This document shows, piece by piece, positions 9,225 to 18,534 of a DNA stretch of 64,000 bases. The position numbers and the translations under genes were made by a program. Each line of letters opens with the position of its first letter. Positions within the stretch are counted from its first letter, which is position 1. Source of the stretch: a virus; IMG/VR virus record IMGVR_UViG_3300014775_002125, positions 66,965-130,964 of that record; one strand, written 5' to 3'. The notes beneath the pieces were generated by a model. It did not search any database, was not told the origin of the DNA, and worked only from the letters and a program-made list of their open reading frames with translations.

Positions 9225-11081
9225 ATGGCTGGTTATAAAGTTCTCAAGACCCTCGCAGGTCACTCTCTTGAGCGCGATTCCCAAGAGTCCGCTCGTCAAA
9301 AAAGCATTGTCCGTAAATGGAAACAAACTGGTCTCCTCGAAGGCCTTAACAACGAGCACGACGTTACTACCGTTACTCGTATGCTCGAAGAACAAGCTAA
9401 GTACGTCCACAAAGACTACAAGCGCATGATCCTAAACGAAGCTTCCGGCATGGCTGCTGGCGACGTTCAGGGATTTGCTGCTGTTGCTTTCCCCGTTGTC
9501 CGTCGTCTCTTCGGAAAGCTCATTGCTAAGGACCTCGTGTCTGTACAGGCGATGAACCTTCCCTCTGGTCTCATCTTCTACTTCGACTTCGTTTACGGAG
9601 ACACCCTCGGAACTGGTACTACCGCCTCTAGCGAAAACCGATTTGGTAACCCCCTTGGTGGTTCACAATCCGTTTACGGTACTGACAAAGTAGCAGAAGG
9701 TGTTATCGATGGCGTCTCCCTCGTAGACTCCCTTAAAGGAGATCTCGGTGGTCCCTACAACGCTCTAGGTGTATACTCTGCTCCTACTGCAAGTGTTGAC
9801 CTCACTGCTGGGAACGTTGAGTTCAAGTATAGCGCACACATTCTAAGCTCTTCTAACACAGACACACAGCGAGCATACTACCGTTGGGATCAGGACGTTC
9901 GTGACCTAGAAACTGCAAACGGTGCTGCAAACACTCACTGTATTGCTTACCTAACTGTACCCGTTAGCGAATTTACCCGTCCCGACCTAGACCTACATGG
10001 TGCATTCTTTTCTGATGGTGCTGCCATTTTCTCATCTTCTGATGGTTTCGGTGCTGCTGCCAAGGTACGTCTAGTACGACGTCTTACTCGTAAAGACCCA
10101 GACAACTCCAGTAACCTTCTTTTCACCTTTGTAGGTCTCGGAGAAGGTGCTCTAACTACTGACGGTGTTGTACTCAACAGCGCATCTGCTGGTACTGCTC
10201 TAACTGTTGACCTAACCATGACTTACCCCCAGAAAGACAACATCACTAACGTTGGTGCTGATGCAATTGGTGCGGTTCACGGTCAGGCTTCTTGGGGTCT
10301 AGAATTCAACAAAGATATCCCTGAGATTGATCTTAAGATTAGCTCAACCGATATCTCTGCTGTTACCCGTAAACTAAAGGCTCGTTGGAGCGATGAACTT
10401 TCACAGGACATCCAAGCTTACCATAACATCAACGCTGAGTCTGAGCTAACCAACATGCTCACCGACTACATGGCTGTTGAGCAGAACAGCGAAGTTCTAA
10501 TGGACCTCGTTAAAGGTGCTACTGCTGGTACTTACTACTGGAGCCGTTCACCCGGTCTCTTCGTTGACAAGACCACTGGTGCTCAGATTGGTGCTACCAC
10601 CGCTGCTCCAGACTTCACGGGTACTGTCCGCGAATGGTACGAGACTCTAATTGAGACTTGTGAAGATGTTTCCGCTCAGATCCACCGTAAGACCCTTCAG
10701 GGTGGTGCTAACTTCATGGTTTGTAGCCCCGAAGTTGCTACTATCCTCGAAGCTACTGCTGGATTCGCTGCTAACATCCTAAACGACGCTGATGCTGGTC
10801 AGGCTGGTATCCGTCAGGCTGGTTCCATCAAGAAGCGTTTCGACGTCTACGTAGATCCCATGTTCTACCGTCACGTCATTCTTCTTGGTCGCAAAGGAAG
10901 CAGCTTCCTTGACAGTGGTTACGTCTACGCTCCATACGTAGCATTCCAGACCACTCCAGTCATCCTAGATCCAGACGACTTCACCCCACGTCGTGGTGTC
11001 CTCTCCCGATACGCTCGGAAGATGGTCCGCCCCGATATGTACGGTCTAGTCATCGTTCGTGATCTACTCGGTGGTCAGTAA
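9225..11081 (+). CDS. Major capsid protein (T4 gp23-like)
   Basis: KWKQTGLLEGL, LVSVQAMNLPSGLIFY, TRKLKARWS-ELSQD, GYVYAPYV, FTPRRGVLSRY; strong AAGGAG RBS. Confidence 0.95.
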   Translation: MAGYKVLKTLAGHSLERDSQESARQKSIVRKWKQTGLLEGLNNEHDVTTVTRMLEEQAKYVHKDYKRMILNEASGMAAGDVQGFAAVAFPVVRRLFGKLIAKDLVSVQAMNLPSGLIFYFDFVYGDTLGTGTTASSENRFGNPLGGSQSVYGTDKVAEGVIDGVSLVDSLKGDLGGPYNALGVYSAPTASVDLTAGNVEFKYSAHILSSSNTDTQRAYYRWDQDVRDLETANGAANTHCIAYLTVPVSEFTRPDLDLHGAFFSDGAAIFSSSDGFGAAAKVRLVRRLTRKDPDNSSNLLFTFVGLGEGALTTDGVVLNSASAGTALTVDLTMTYPQKDNITNVGADAIGAVHGQASWGLEFNKDIPEIDLKISSTDISAVTRKLKARWSDELSQDIQAYHNINAESELTNMLTDYMAVEQNSEVLMDLVKGATAGTYYWSRSPGLFVDKTTGAQIGATTAAPDFTGTVREWYETLIETCEDVSAQIHRKTLQGGANFMVCSPEVATILEATAGFAANILNDADAGQAGIRQAGSIKKRFDVYVDPMFYRHVILLGRKGSSFLDSGYVYAPYVAFQTTPVILDPDDFTPRRGVLSRYARKMVRPDMYGLVIVRDLLGGQ

Positions 11082-11114
11082 TATTTGACTACATAAAGAA
11101 CTAACAATTCTTTG

Positions 11115-11150
11115 AACCTCTTAGGCCTCTGGTCTAGGAGGTTTTTTTTT
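11115..11150 (+). terminator. Intrinsic terminator after capsid gene
   Basis: AACCTCTTAGGCC-TCT-GGTCTAGGAGGTT followed by a T run. Confidence 0.85.
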
Positions 11151-11225
11151 GCCCTCATTAATTACTTTACTTCCTTGTTGTCTATCTCCTATATTTATAC
11201 TGGAATATTTTACAAGGAAGGTCTG

Positions 11226-12512
11226 ATGTCTTATCCAGAGTTAACACCCACAAGCAATAGTTCAAAGTCTATCTTGCCATCTACAGGTTCGTTCACAGAT
11301 GTCGATAGTGCCTGTCCTTTGAGGCTTTATTCAGATTCTAGTAGTCCTCTATACAGTGCAGAGTTTATCACAGGTGCAGTTCAACAAGTTACCTACACTT
11401 ATCGCAAACTCGGAGGAGACACACTAGATCTAGAAATCCTACCTCAGACTGTTTACGCAGCTTTTGAGGACGCTGTGATCGAGTATAGCTATATCAGCAA
11501 CCTGTACACGGCTCGAAACTACATGGGGTCAATGTTAGGTCAGAACACCTCTTCATTCGACCACAAGGGAGAATATGAGTCTGGGTCGTTCAGTAGCTCT
11601 ATGGGCGGGAAGAACGCAGCTTTAGTTTATCCTAAATTTGATTACTCTTACCAGAGGCGAGTAGGAATGTTGGCAGCACACGAGGCTAACCTTAATGGTG
11701 ATCGTCCAGTGTATTCAGCCTCTATTGACTTGACTGATGGGATTCAGGATTACGACTTACAGGCTATTATTTCAGCTTCAGCAGCGTCTGGTAGTGTTCC
11801 TTACGCCGACATTGGGAACAAAAAGATTAATGTGCGTAAAGTTTATTATAAATCTCCCAGAACACAGTGGAGATTCTTTGGGTATGGATTTGGAGGCTAC
11901 CACGGGAACGTCACTGGATATGGTTCATGGAGTGATGTGACTTCCTTTGAGATTATCCCTAACTGGCAGAACAAGTTAGCAGCACAGGCTTACGAGGATT
12001 CATGGTACACAAGGATTTCTCATTACTCCTATGAAATTAAAAACAACAAGCTCAGAATTTTCCCACTACCAGAGACTTGGAGTGCCAGTAAGATTTGGAT
12101 TGAGTTTTATGTAGGTGTTAATAGTTTTGTAGAGACTTCAGGTTCAAACGAAGACTCTGGATTGAATGGCGTAAATAGCTTAAACAACGTACCATACAGT
12201 AACTTGCCCTACAATTCTATTAACTCTATTGGTAAACAGTGGATTCGTCGTTATGCTCTTGCTAGTACCTTAGAGACTCTTGGCTTAAACAGAAGTAAGT
12301 TCGGTACGATCCCAATCCCCGGAGAAAGTGTAACTCTAAATGGTGGCGACTTAATTACAAGAGCTAGGGAAGACAAAGAGAAGCTAATCGAACAACTAAA
12401 AGCGATCTTCGAAGAGTTGACACCACAGAAGATTGTAGAGACTGATAAGGCCATTGCTGACGCTGTAAACGGCACTCTGGTTAAAGTTCCTAGACTATTT
12501 TATGTAGGTTAA
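11226..12512 (+). CDS. Neck / head-tail adaptor (gp13-like)
   Basis: C-terminal WIRRYALA..LGLNRSKF..IPG..VTLNG; ATG 11226 has an AAGGAAGG RBS (the track start 11112 overlaps the terminator). Confidence 0.8.
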   Translation: MSYPELTPTSNSSKSILPSTGSFTDVDSACPLRLYSDSSSPLYSAEFITGAVQQVTYTYRKLGGDTLDLEILPQTVYAAFEDAVIEYSYISNLYTARNYMGSMLGQNTSSFDHKGEYESGSFSSSMGGKNAALVYPKFDYSYQRRVGMLAAHEANLNGDRPVYSASIDLTDGIQDYDLQAIISASAASGSVPYADIGNKKINVRKVYYKSPRTQWRFFGYGFGGYHGNVTGYGSWSDVTSFEIIPNWQNKLAAQAYEDSWYTRISHYSYEIKNNKLRIFPLPETWSASKIWIEFYVGVNSFVETSGSNEDSGLNGVNSLNNVPYSNLPYNSINSIGKQWIRRYALASTLETLGLNRSKFGTIPIPGESVTLNGGDLITRAREDKEKLIEQLKAIFEELTPQKIVETDKAIADAVNGTLVKVPRLFYVG

Positions 12513-12522
12513 AGGTTAAAAG

Positions 12523-13005
12523 ATGCCCGAATGGAAAAGACCCACTAATCCTCCCCCTCAGTTATTCACAGGCCAGACTGAGAGAGACTTCGTAAAACAG
12601 ATAAACGATGAAGTAATTGAGAGAGTCATTGGCCAAACTGTAGCTTATTATCCAATTGACATCGAGACCACTGAGTTTCATGATGTTTATGGTGAGGCTA
12701 TTGAGAAGAACTTTTTGAATCCTATCGTAGTTAAGGCAATGGTAAAATTTGAAAGCCATGTAACCACTACTAACAACAGAGGTATTGACAGGATTCAGAG
12801 CATCATTATTTACTTCCACAAACGGCGCCTAACAGAAGACCAAAATCTCTTTATTCGTGAAGGAGACTATGTTAAGTACGGGGATCTATTCTATGAAATT
12901 AAGAAGTTAACAGAAGGTAGATGGTTGTTCGGTCATTCAGAGAACTCTTTTCAAATTGAAGCATCCTGTAGAAGGGCTCGTAGATCACTTTTTGAAGGCA
13001 GATAA
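12523..13005 (+). CDS. Neck / head closure protein (gp14-like)
   Basis: VYGEA and IREGDYV motifs; synteny. Confidence 0.7.
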   Translation: MPEWKRPTNPPPQLFTGQTERDFVKQINDEVIERVIGQTVAYYPIDIETTEFHDVYGEAIEKNFLNPIVVKAMVKFESHVTTTNNRGIDRIQSIIIYFHKRRLTEDQNLFIREGDYVKYGDLFYEIKKLTEGRWLFGHSENSFQIEASCRRARRSLFEGR

Positions 13006-13007
13006 AC

Positions 13008-13826
13008 ATGACAGAATTTAAGAATAGCACCTTTGAGTTAGTGGACAGGTCTTTCTTTGAGTTCTTCTCAGAGGATTTAAAATTACACGCTAGTAGTTTT
13101 GATGGTTGGAACCCTGTGCCTGTTGTTTGGGGTACTCCTGAGAGGGCTTTTCAAGCTAAGAACAATAAAGAACTAAGAGATCAAGATGGCGCCCTAATCT
13201 TGCCAATCGTTTCTGTGTGGCGTACAGGATTGTCTAACAGCCTCCAAAAGAAAGGTAGTGCAGTAAACGTTGTGCCACCAAAGCCCGGAGAAAAAGGCGG
13301 TTCAATTACCATACATCGAGAAGTTAACCAAGAGAAAACTTCAAATTTCCAAAGAAAAGACTTCTACAAAAGTACTCTAGGAGAACTAATTGGTAAGCCT
13401 GCAATGTCCAGTAAGGTTGTTTATGACTCTTACAGTATTGATATGCCTGTTTACTCTATTTTCACCTACAAAGTACAGATCACAGCGCAGTACCAACAGC
13501 AACTAAACCAAATCCTACAGCCTATTCTTAATTACGGGTTTGGTCATAAGTACTTCACGATTCACAAACATAATCACACACTAGAGGTTTTTCCACAGGC
13601 AGACTTCACACCACTGGAAAATGACGTATCAGACTCGGAAAGGTTCTATGAAGTCTCTGCTACTTTCGAAGTCCTTGCTAATACTTCTGGGGACGGTGAT
13701 AATTCCCAAAAGCCCAGAGTTGTCCGTAATGAAAATGTAGTAGAGTTCAGGATTGGGCGTGAACGTAACCTAACTACCACTGATCTTAAAGAATTGTCCA
13801 AAAAAACTATAAAATTAAAAGGTTGA
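13008..13826 (+). CDS. Tail terminator / sheath stabiliser (gp15-like)
   Basis: VPVVWGTPER, ILPIVS; between neck and sheath. Confidence 0.65.
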   Translation: MTEFKNSTFELVDRSFFEFFSEDLKLHASSFDGWNPVPVVWGTPERAFQAKNNKELRDQDGALILPIVSVWRTGLSNSLQKKGSAVNVVPPKPGEKGGSITIHREVNQEKTSNFQRKDFYKSTLGELIGKPAMSSKVVYDSYSIDMPVYSIFTYKVQITAQYQQQLNQILQPILNYGFGHKYFTIHKHNHTLEVFPQADFTPLENDVSDSERFYEVSATFEVLANTSGDGDNSQKPRVVRNENVVEFRIGRERNLTTTDLKELSKKTIKLKG

Positions 13827-13871
13827 CAGTTCAAAGACATATTTATCTATGAACCTATCTAAAGGAGATTT

Positions 13872-16775
13872 ATGATGGCTATTGAAAACTATAAATTTGT
13901 GTCTCCGACAGTTGAATTCCGTGAGGTTTTTCAAGGTCGCCCAAGAAGAGATGCTACTGAAGTCGGACCCGTTGTTATCGGTCGCTTCAGAAAAGGTCCC
14001 GGCATGGTCCCTACCGTTGTTCGTGACCTTAAAGAACTAGAGCAGGTCTTCGGTGGACCTGAAGCTGGAGTAGGTTCCAGAACTAACGACTTTTGGCGAG
14101 AGCGTTTTCCACAGGCTCCGATGTACGCTTCTTACGCTGCATATGCCTACCTACAGAACGCTGGCCCACTAACCGTAATTAATGTTAAAGGGACTGCGAA
14201 TAACGTAACTACCTCCGCTGGCTTTGCTGGTTACCCTAAGAGTGACAACGACCTAAGTCCAGACCCCACTGTAGCCTCTAACGCTGGTGCTTATGGTCTC
14301 TTCTTAATCGATTCAGCATCCCTCGATGGAACTGTATATGGGGCAACTGGACAACTAGCTGCCGTTTGGTACCTAAACAGTGGTAGCTCCATTCGTCTAG
14401 CAGGTGATGAGATTGGCGGTACTACTGATGTTACTTCTGAAGATTCTGGTAGTTATCATTGGTTCTTGGGAGCAGAAGGCAAAGAATTCACTGCTATTAT
14501 TAAACAAACTGGTGTAACTCAAACAGCCATCACCTCTTCTTTTAACTTCGATGAAAGTTCACCCAAGTTTATTCGTAAAGTTTTCAACACCAACCCTGTT
14601 AAAACTAACGATGCTCTTGTTGACACTTCTAAGTCCACTAACTACTTACGCTACTATCTCGGTGAAACTTTTGAAGACGTTGTTGCTCGAAATATCGTAA
14701 GTTCATCTGCCGGAAAAGTTTATGGTTGTATTGTAGCTTTGGCACAGGGTAGTAAAAACTACGCAAACTACCGACACACTGCAAGGTCGGGTAGAACTGG
14801 CTGGGTTATTTCACAACACGTCGGAGATCCTGCAAACTTTAACAAGCGTACAAATAGTCAAAAGCTATTCAGGCTAGTAGAACTAAACACTGGAGAGTAT
14901 GCTACTAGGAACCTAAAAGTTTCTATTGCAAACGTTAGATACAGTAAAAACACAAACAATCAGTATGGACTATTTGACGTAGAGATTAGAGATATTTCTG
15001 ACACTGACGCCTCTAAGTCCATTGTTGAGTCTTTTGTAAATTGTACACTAGACCCGAACTCTAACTCCTACATCGGTAAAAAAATCGGTACCAAGTACAA
15101 GGAGTGGGACTTCAACAGACAGGAATGGGTTGAGTACGGTGAGTATGAAAATGTTTCGAAATTCTTCCGTGTAGAAATCGATCCCACCGTAGATGCTAGT
15201 TTGACTTCTCCTTCTTTGGTTCCGTTTGGTTTCTTTAGTGCTCCTCGTGCTGCTGGATTCTCGTCTAATCAGGGGGCATCAGCTGGCACTGGGGCGATTG
15301 TAACTGGATCTTCATTCACTGGACTGGCTACAGCGGCCCCTCACTCTGCTTTCGGGGCGATTGCACAGGTAAACAACTCGACCGCTAGTTATGTAATGCC
15401 AGAAGCTCCACTCGTGGATTATGCATCAGATAGCCCTGCTAATGATGTTCGAGACGCTTATTTCGGAGTTGCATTCAACAAAAGTGGTTCTACTGAGTAC
15501 TATAAGGGATTTGTAGATTACACAAAGGTCTCTCCAACAGGTCTAGATATCGACGATGAAGAAAATCAGTCTATCTTCACACTAGATGAGATCCGACAAC
15601 AAGGAGTTGGTAGTACTCCAAGATACAATGCTTTCTTCCAAGAAGGTTCATATACTGAGGTTACCACGAACAACCAGTCTATTAGTAGGAGAGGGCCTGT
15701 TAGCCCACTCCCAATTGGGAACACTGGACACAAAGCAGTAATCGATGCTGGTTTTAACAACTTCACGATGCCTGTATTCGGTGGTTTCGACGGATTTGAC
15801 ATTGCCGAGAGAGAGCCTTTAAACCATAGAAGTGGCGGTGGCGCTCTTGAGTCTGGAGTTGACGAAACAACTTCAGCGGCTTATAGTTCCCTAAAAATTG
15901 CTATTGATTCTATTGCTGATCCAGAAGTTATTGATCTCAACGTCGCTTCAATGCCCGGAATCAAGAACGTAGGGCTAACAGATCGTCTAATCGATGTCTG
16001 TGAGGATCGTCGTGATGTTCTAGCGATTATTGACCTAGAAGGTGACTACACGCCAATCACAGAAGGAACTGCGGCTGTACTACCAAACATCGAAACCGTA
16101 CTAAGTAACGTAGATACTCGTAACTTTAACAGTACTTACGCTGCCGCTTACTACCCATGGTGCGCTGCACAGGACCCCAGAACTGGTAACAAAGTCTGGC
16201 TACCCCCCAGTGTTCCAGCTTTAGGTACTCTTGCTTACACTGAAAGAGTTGGTGAGCTTTGGTTCGCTCCTGCTGGCTTCAATCGTGGTGGCCTAAGTCG
16301 TCGTGCTGCTGGTATCAATATCACAGACGTCTCCAGAGTTACCAAAAAGCGTGACCGTGATCGTCTGCAAGATGTTGGTGTCAACCCAATCGCTAAACTC
16401 GGAAGAGACATTGTGATTTACGGTCAAAAGACACTATCAGCAGAGATCATTGACACTAACAGAATCAACGTTCGACGCATGATGATTTACCTTAAGAAGA
16501 CCCTAGCTAACATTGCGAAGGAAACTCTTTTTGAAGGCAACGTTCAGGCTACTTGGGATACTTTCCTAAGCCGTGTTGATCCTGTCTTGAAAAACCTAAA
16601 GTCTACTCTAGGTATTGAAGACTATAAGCTGGTCTTGGATGAGTCTACTACTACAGAAGCTCTCAAAGATCAGAACATTATGTACGCTATTATCGCTGTA
16701 AAACCTGTTAAATCTATCGAGTACATTGCCCTAGACTTTGCACTACTAGATGACAGAGCAGCATTCAACGACTAA
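13872..16775 (+). CDS. Tail sheath protein (gp18-like)
   Basis: FVSP N-terminus; YAAAYYPW, WFAPAGFNRG, NPI, GQKTL, RINVRR. Confidence 0.95.
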   Translation: MMAIENYKFVSPTVEFREVFQGRPRRDATEVGPVVIGRFRKGPGMVPTVVRDLKELEQVFGGPEAGVGSRTNDFWRERFPQAPMYASYAAYAYLQNAGPLTVINVKGTANNVTTSAGFAGYPKSDNDLSPDPTVASNAGAYGLFLIDSASLDGTVYGATGQLAAVWYLNSGSSIRLAGDEIGGTTDVTSEDSGSYHWFLGAEGKEFTAIIKQTGVTQTAITSSFNFDESSPKFIRKVFNTNPVKTNDALVDTSKSTNYLRYYLGETFEDVVARNIVSSSAGKVYGCIVALAQGSKNYANYRHTARSGRTGWVISQHVGDPANFNKRTNSQKLFRLVELNTGEYATRNLKVSIANVRYSKNTNNQYGLFDVEIRDISDTDASKSIVESFVNCTLDPNSNSYIGKKIGTKYKEWDFNRQEWVEYGEYENVSKFFRVEIDPTVDASLTSPSLVPFGFFSAPRAAGFSSNQGASAGTGAIVTGSSFTGLATAAPHSAFGAIAQVNNSTASYVMPEAPLVDYASDSPANDVRDAYFGVAFNKSGSTEYYKGFVDYTKVSPTGLDIDDEENQSIFTLDEIRQQGVGSTPRYNAFFQEGSYTEVTTNNQSISRRGPVSPLPIGNTGHKAVIDAGFNNFTMPVFGGFDGFDIAEREPLNHRSGGGALESGVDETTSAAYSSLKIAIDSIADPEVIDLNVASMPGIKNVGLTDRLIDVCEDRRDVLAIIDLEGDYTPITEGTAAVLPNIETVLSNVDTRNFNSTYAAAYYPWCAAQDPRTGNKVWLPPSVPALGTLAYTERVGELWFAPAGFNRGGLSRRAAGINITDVSRVTKKRDRDRLQDVGVNPIAKLGRDIVIYGQKTLSAEIIDTNRINVRRMMIYLKKTLANIAKETLFEGNVQATWDTFLSRVDPVLKNLKSTLGIEDYKLVLDESTTTEALKDQNIMYAIIAVKPVKSIEYIALDFALLDDRAAFND

Positions 16776-16798
16776 GAAAAGACTATAGGAGATAAAAA

Positions 16799-17347
16799 AT
16801 GAGTTACGGAGTTTTCTGGACTGATAGAAACTCAGAGCCAAAAAGAAATCACAGGTTTAGAGTATCCTTCGAGGGATTGAAAAATGTTCTAGGCGTTGAT
16901 GATGTGAACTGGATGGCTGAGAAGGTTGATCGACCAAAACCAACAACGGCTTACAACGAGCTACAGTACTACCAACACACCTTCAAGTACCCCGGACGAA
17001 CTACTTGGAACGATGTCACGATGACCTTCCGCGACCCTGCGCTACCTGATGTAATGCAAGGTATCTACGAAGTGTTTAGAGACGCTGGCTATGAAGTGCC
17101 TGATAGCCCTGCATTACTAGCTACTATTTCTAAAAGGAAAATGGTTGCTGCTGTAGGTGATATTACTTGCGCTATCATTGATTCAGATGGTGTTGAGATT
17201 GAGAAGTGGATTCTTAGAAATGCTCAGATTGGTGACATTACTCCTTCTGGTTTGTCACACACTGACACTGAGTTTGCTAAAGTTGACTTGACAATTAAAT
17301 ACGACTTTGCAGAGCTGAATGTACATAAGTCCCCTGAAAGCCTATAA
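16799..17347 (+). CDS. Tail tube protein (gp19-like)
   Basis: KYPGRTTWNDVTMTFRD, EKWILRNA, LTIKYD; follows sheath. Confidence 0.85.
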   Translation: MSYGVFWTDRNSEPKRNHRFRVSFEGLKNVLGVDDVNWMAEKVDRPKPTTAYNELQYYQHTFKYPGRTTWNDVTMTFRDPALPDVMQGIYEVFRDAGYEVPDSPALLATISKRKMVAAVGDITCAIIDSDGVEIEKWILRNAQIGDITPSGLSHTDTEFAKVDLTIKYDFAELNVHKSPESL

Positions 17348-17400
17348 TTTACTTGACAAGCACTTTAAAATTGTTTAGACTTCTTTGAGTTGATACACTA

Positions 17401-17429
17401 GGGGTCTCCTCTGGAGGCCCCTTTTTTTT
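17401..17429 (+). terminator. Intrinsic terminator after tail tube
   Basis: GGGGTCTCC-TCT-GGAGGCCCC followed by T8. Confidence 0.85.
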
Positions 17430-17457
17430 GCTTTTTTTAATTTTGAAAGGATTGATT

Positions 17458-18282
17458 ATGCAAACCCCTAGTATTCGTGATTTAATGAAGCTCCCGAAGG
17501 CAGAGATTGTAGTTGAGCTACCGTCTGCTGGAAAGGAAATGTACCCAGAAACTTCAAGCCTTTATGGTGTCTCTAAGTTGACTCTAAAAAGATATGGAGC
17601 GGCTGAGGAGGACATCTTAGCGAACCCTGATTTGCTGCGAGATGGATCTTTCATTGACCATTTGCTTCGTAGTGTTATTCAGGAGCCTATTAACGTCAAA
17701 GAGCTACTTCCAAAAGACAAGGAGAAACTTCTAATTGTTTCAAGGGCGGAGTCTATCGAATCAGAATATAAGACTCCTGTAACCTGTGGGAAGTGTGGAC
17801 ATGAAGATAAGAACTTTGTGTTTGACTTGAAGGGTTTCGAAGACCGTGAAGTTGTTATGGAAGGCGTTCAGAAGGTCGGGGTCAATTTGTTTCGCACTGT
17901 TTTTCCTAGTTGCGATGCAGAGGTTGACTTTAGGATCTTGAACGGAGTTGACTTAGATGAACTTTCAAAAGCTAAAGAAAAAGCTGAAAGTCGCGGGTAT
18001 GCATTCTCTGAGACGTCTGAAGAACTGAAAATGAAGATCGAGAGGATTGTATTTACTACGGATACTGACAGGTTTGTAATGGACAGTGTTCTACAGATTA
18101 AAGAGTTTGTTGGGTTACTACTTTCATCTGACATCAAGTTCTTCAGAAAGATTTACGACAGTGTTCAGCATGGTTTAGACCTGAAAAAACCTCATAAATG
18201 TCCTAAGTGTGGGCATAAGGAGGATGTTGCAGTACCGCTGCGAGAGAACTTTTTTTGGCCTGAACTCTCAACAAATAGCTAA
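17458..18282 (+). CDS. Baseplate hub / tail assembly chaperone (gp26-like)
   Basis: VELPS-G, EEDIL, two CxxC pairs, terminal FFWP; precedes tape measure. Confidence 0.75.
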   Translation: MQTPSIRDLMKLPKAEIVVELPSAGKEMYPETSSLYGVSKLTLKRYGAAEEDILANPDLLRDGSFIDHLLRSVIQEPINVKELLPKDKEKLLIVSRAESIESEYKTPVTCGKCGHEDKNFVFDLKGFEDREVVMEGVQKVGVNLFRTVFPSCDAEVDFRILNGVDLDELSKAKEKAESRGYAFSETSEELKMKIERIVFTTDTDRFVMDSVLQIKEFVGLLLSSDIKFFRKIYDSVQHGLDLKKPHKCPKCGHKEDVAVPLRENFFWPELSTNS

Positions 18283-18442
18283 TACATACGAAGAGATTTT
18301 CCTGTTAACGAAGCATGGAGTTTTATCTTTCACAGAAGCCTACAATATCCCCACGGTCCTTAGAGTCTTTTTCTTAGAGAGGCTCAACAAATACATAGAG
18401 GACGAAAAAGAAGCCTACGAGAACGCCCAAAACAACTCTTAA
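18251..18442 (+). CDS. Tail chaperone extension (gp51/GT-like), probably reached by frameshift
   Basis: YEEIFLL..SFTEAYNIP..LR.FFL; no good start codon or RBS; overlaps the upstream gene at a T7 run. Confidence 0.55.
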   Translation, partial: FFGLNSQQIANTYEEIFLLTKHGVLSFTEAYNIPTVLRVFFLERLNKYIEDEKEAYENAQNNS

Positions 18443-18534
18443 TCCTCCCTCAACCTCATTTAATCTACCTACAATTTTCCCTCAAAGACTATTTATAGGG
18501 TACAACAATATAAGTCCTGTGAGTGCGTCTAAAA

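Noticed and set aside
11112-11225. N-terminal extensions given by the ORF track (also 17428, 28261, 39350, 40254, 47899)
   Set aside because: They run through terminators, promoters or upstream genes; downstream ATGs have better RBS or stop-start coupling.
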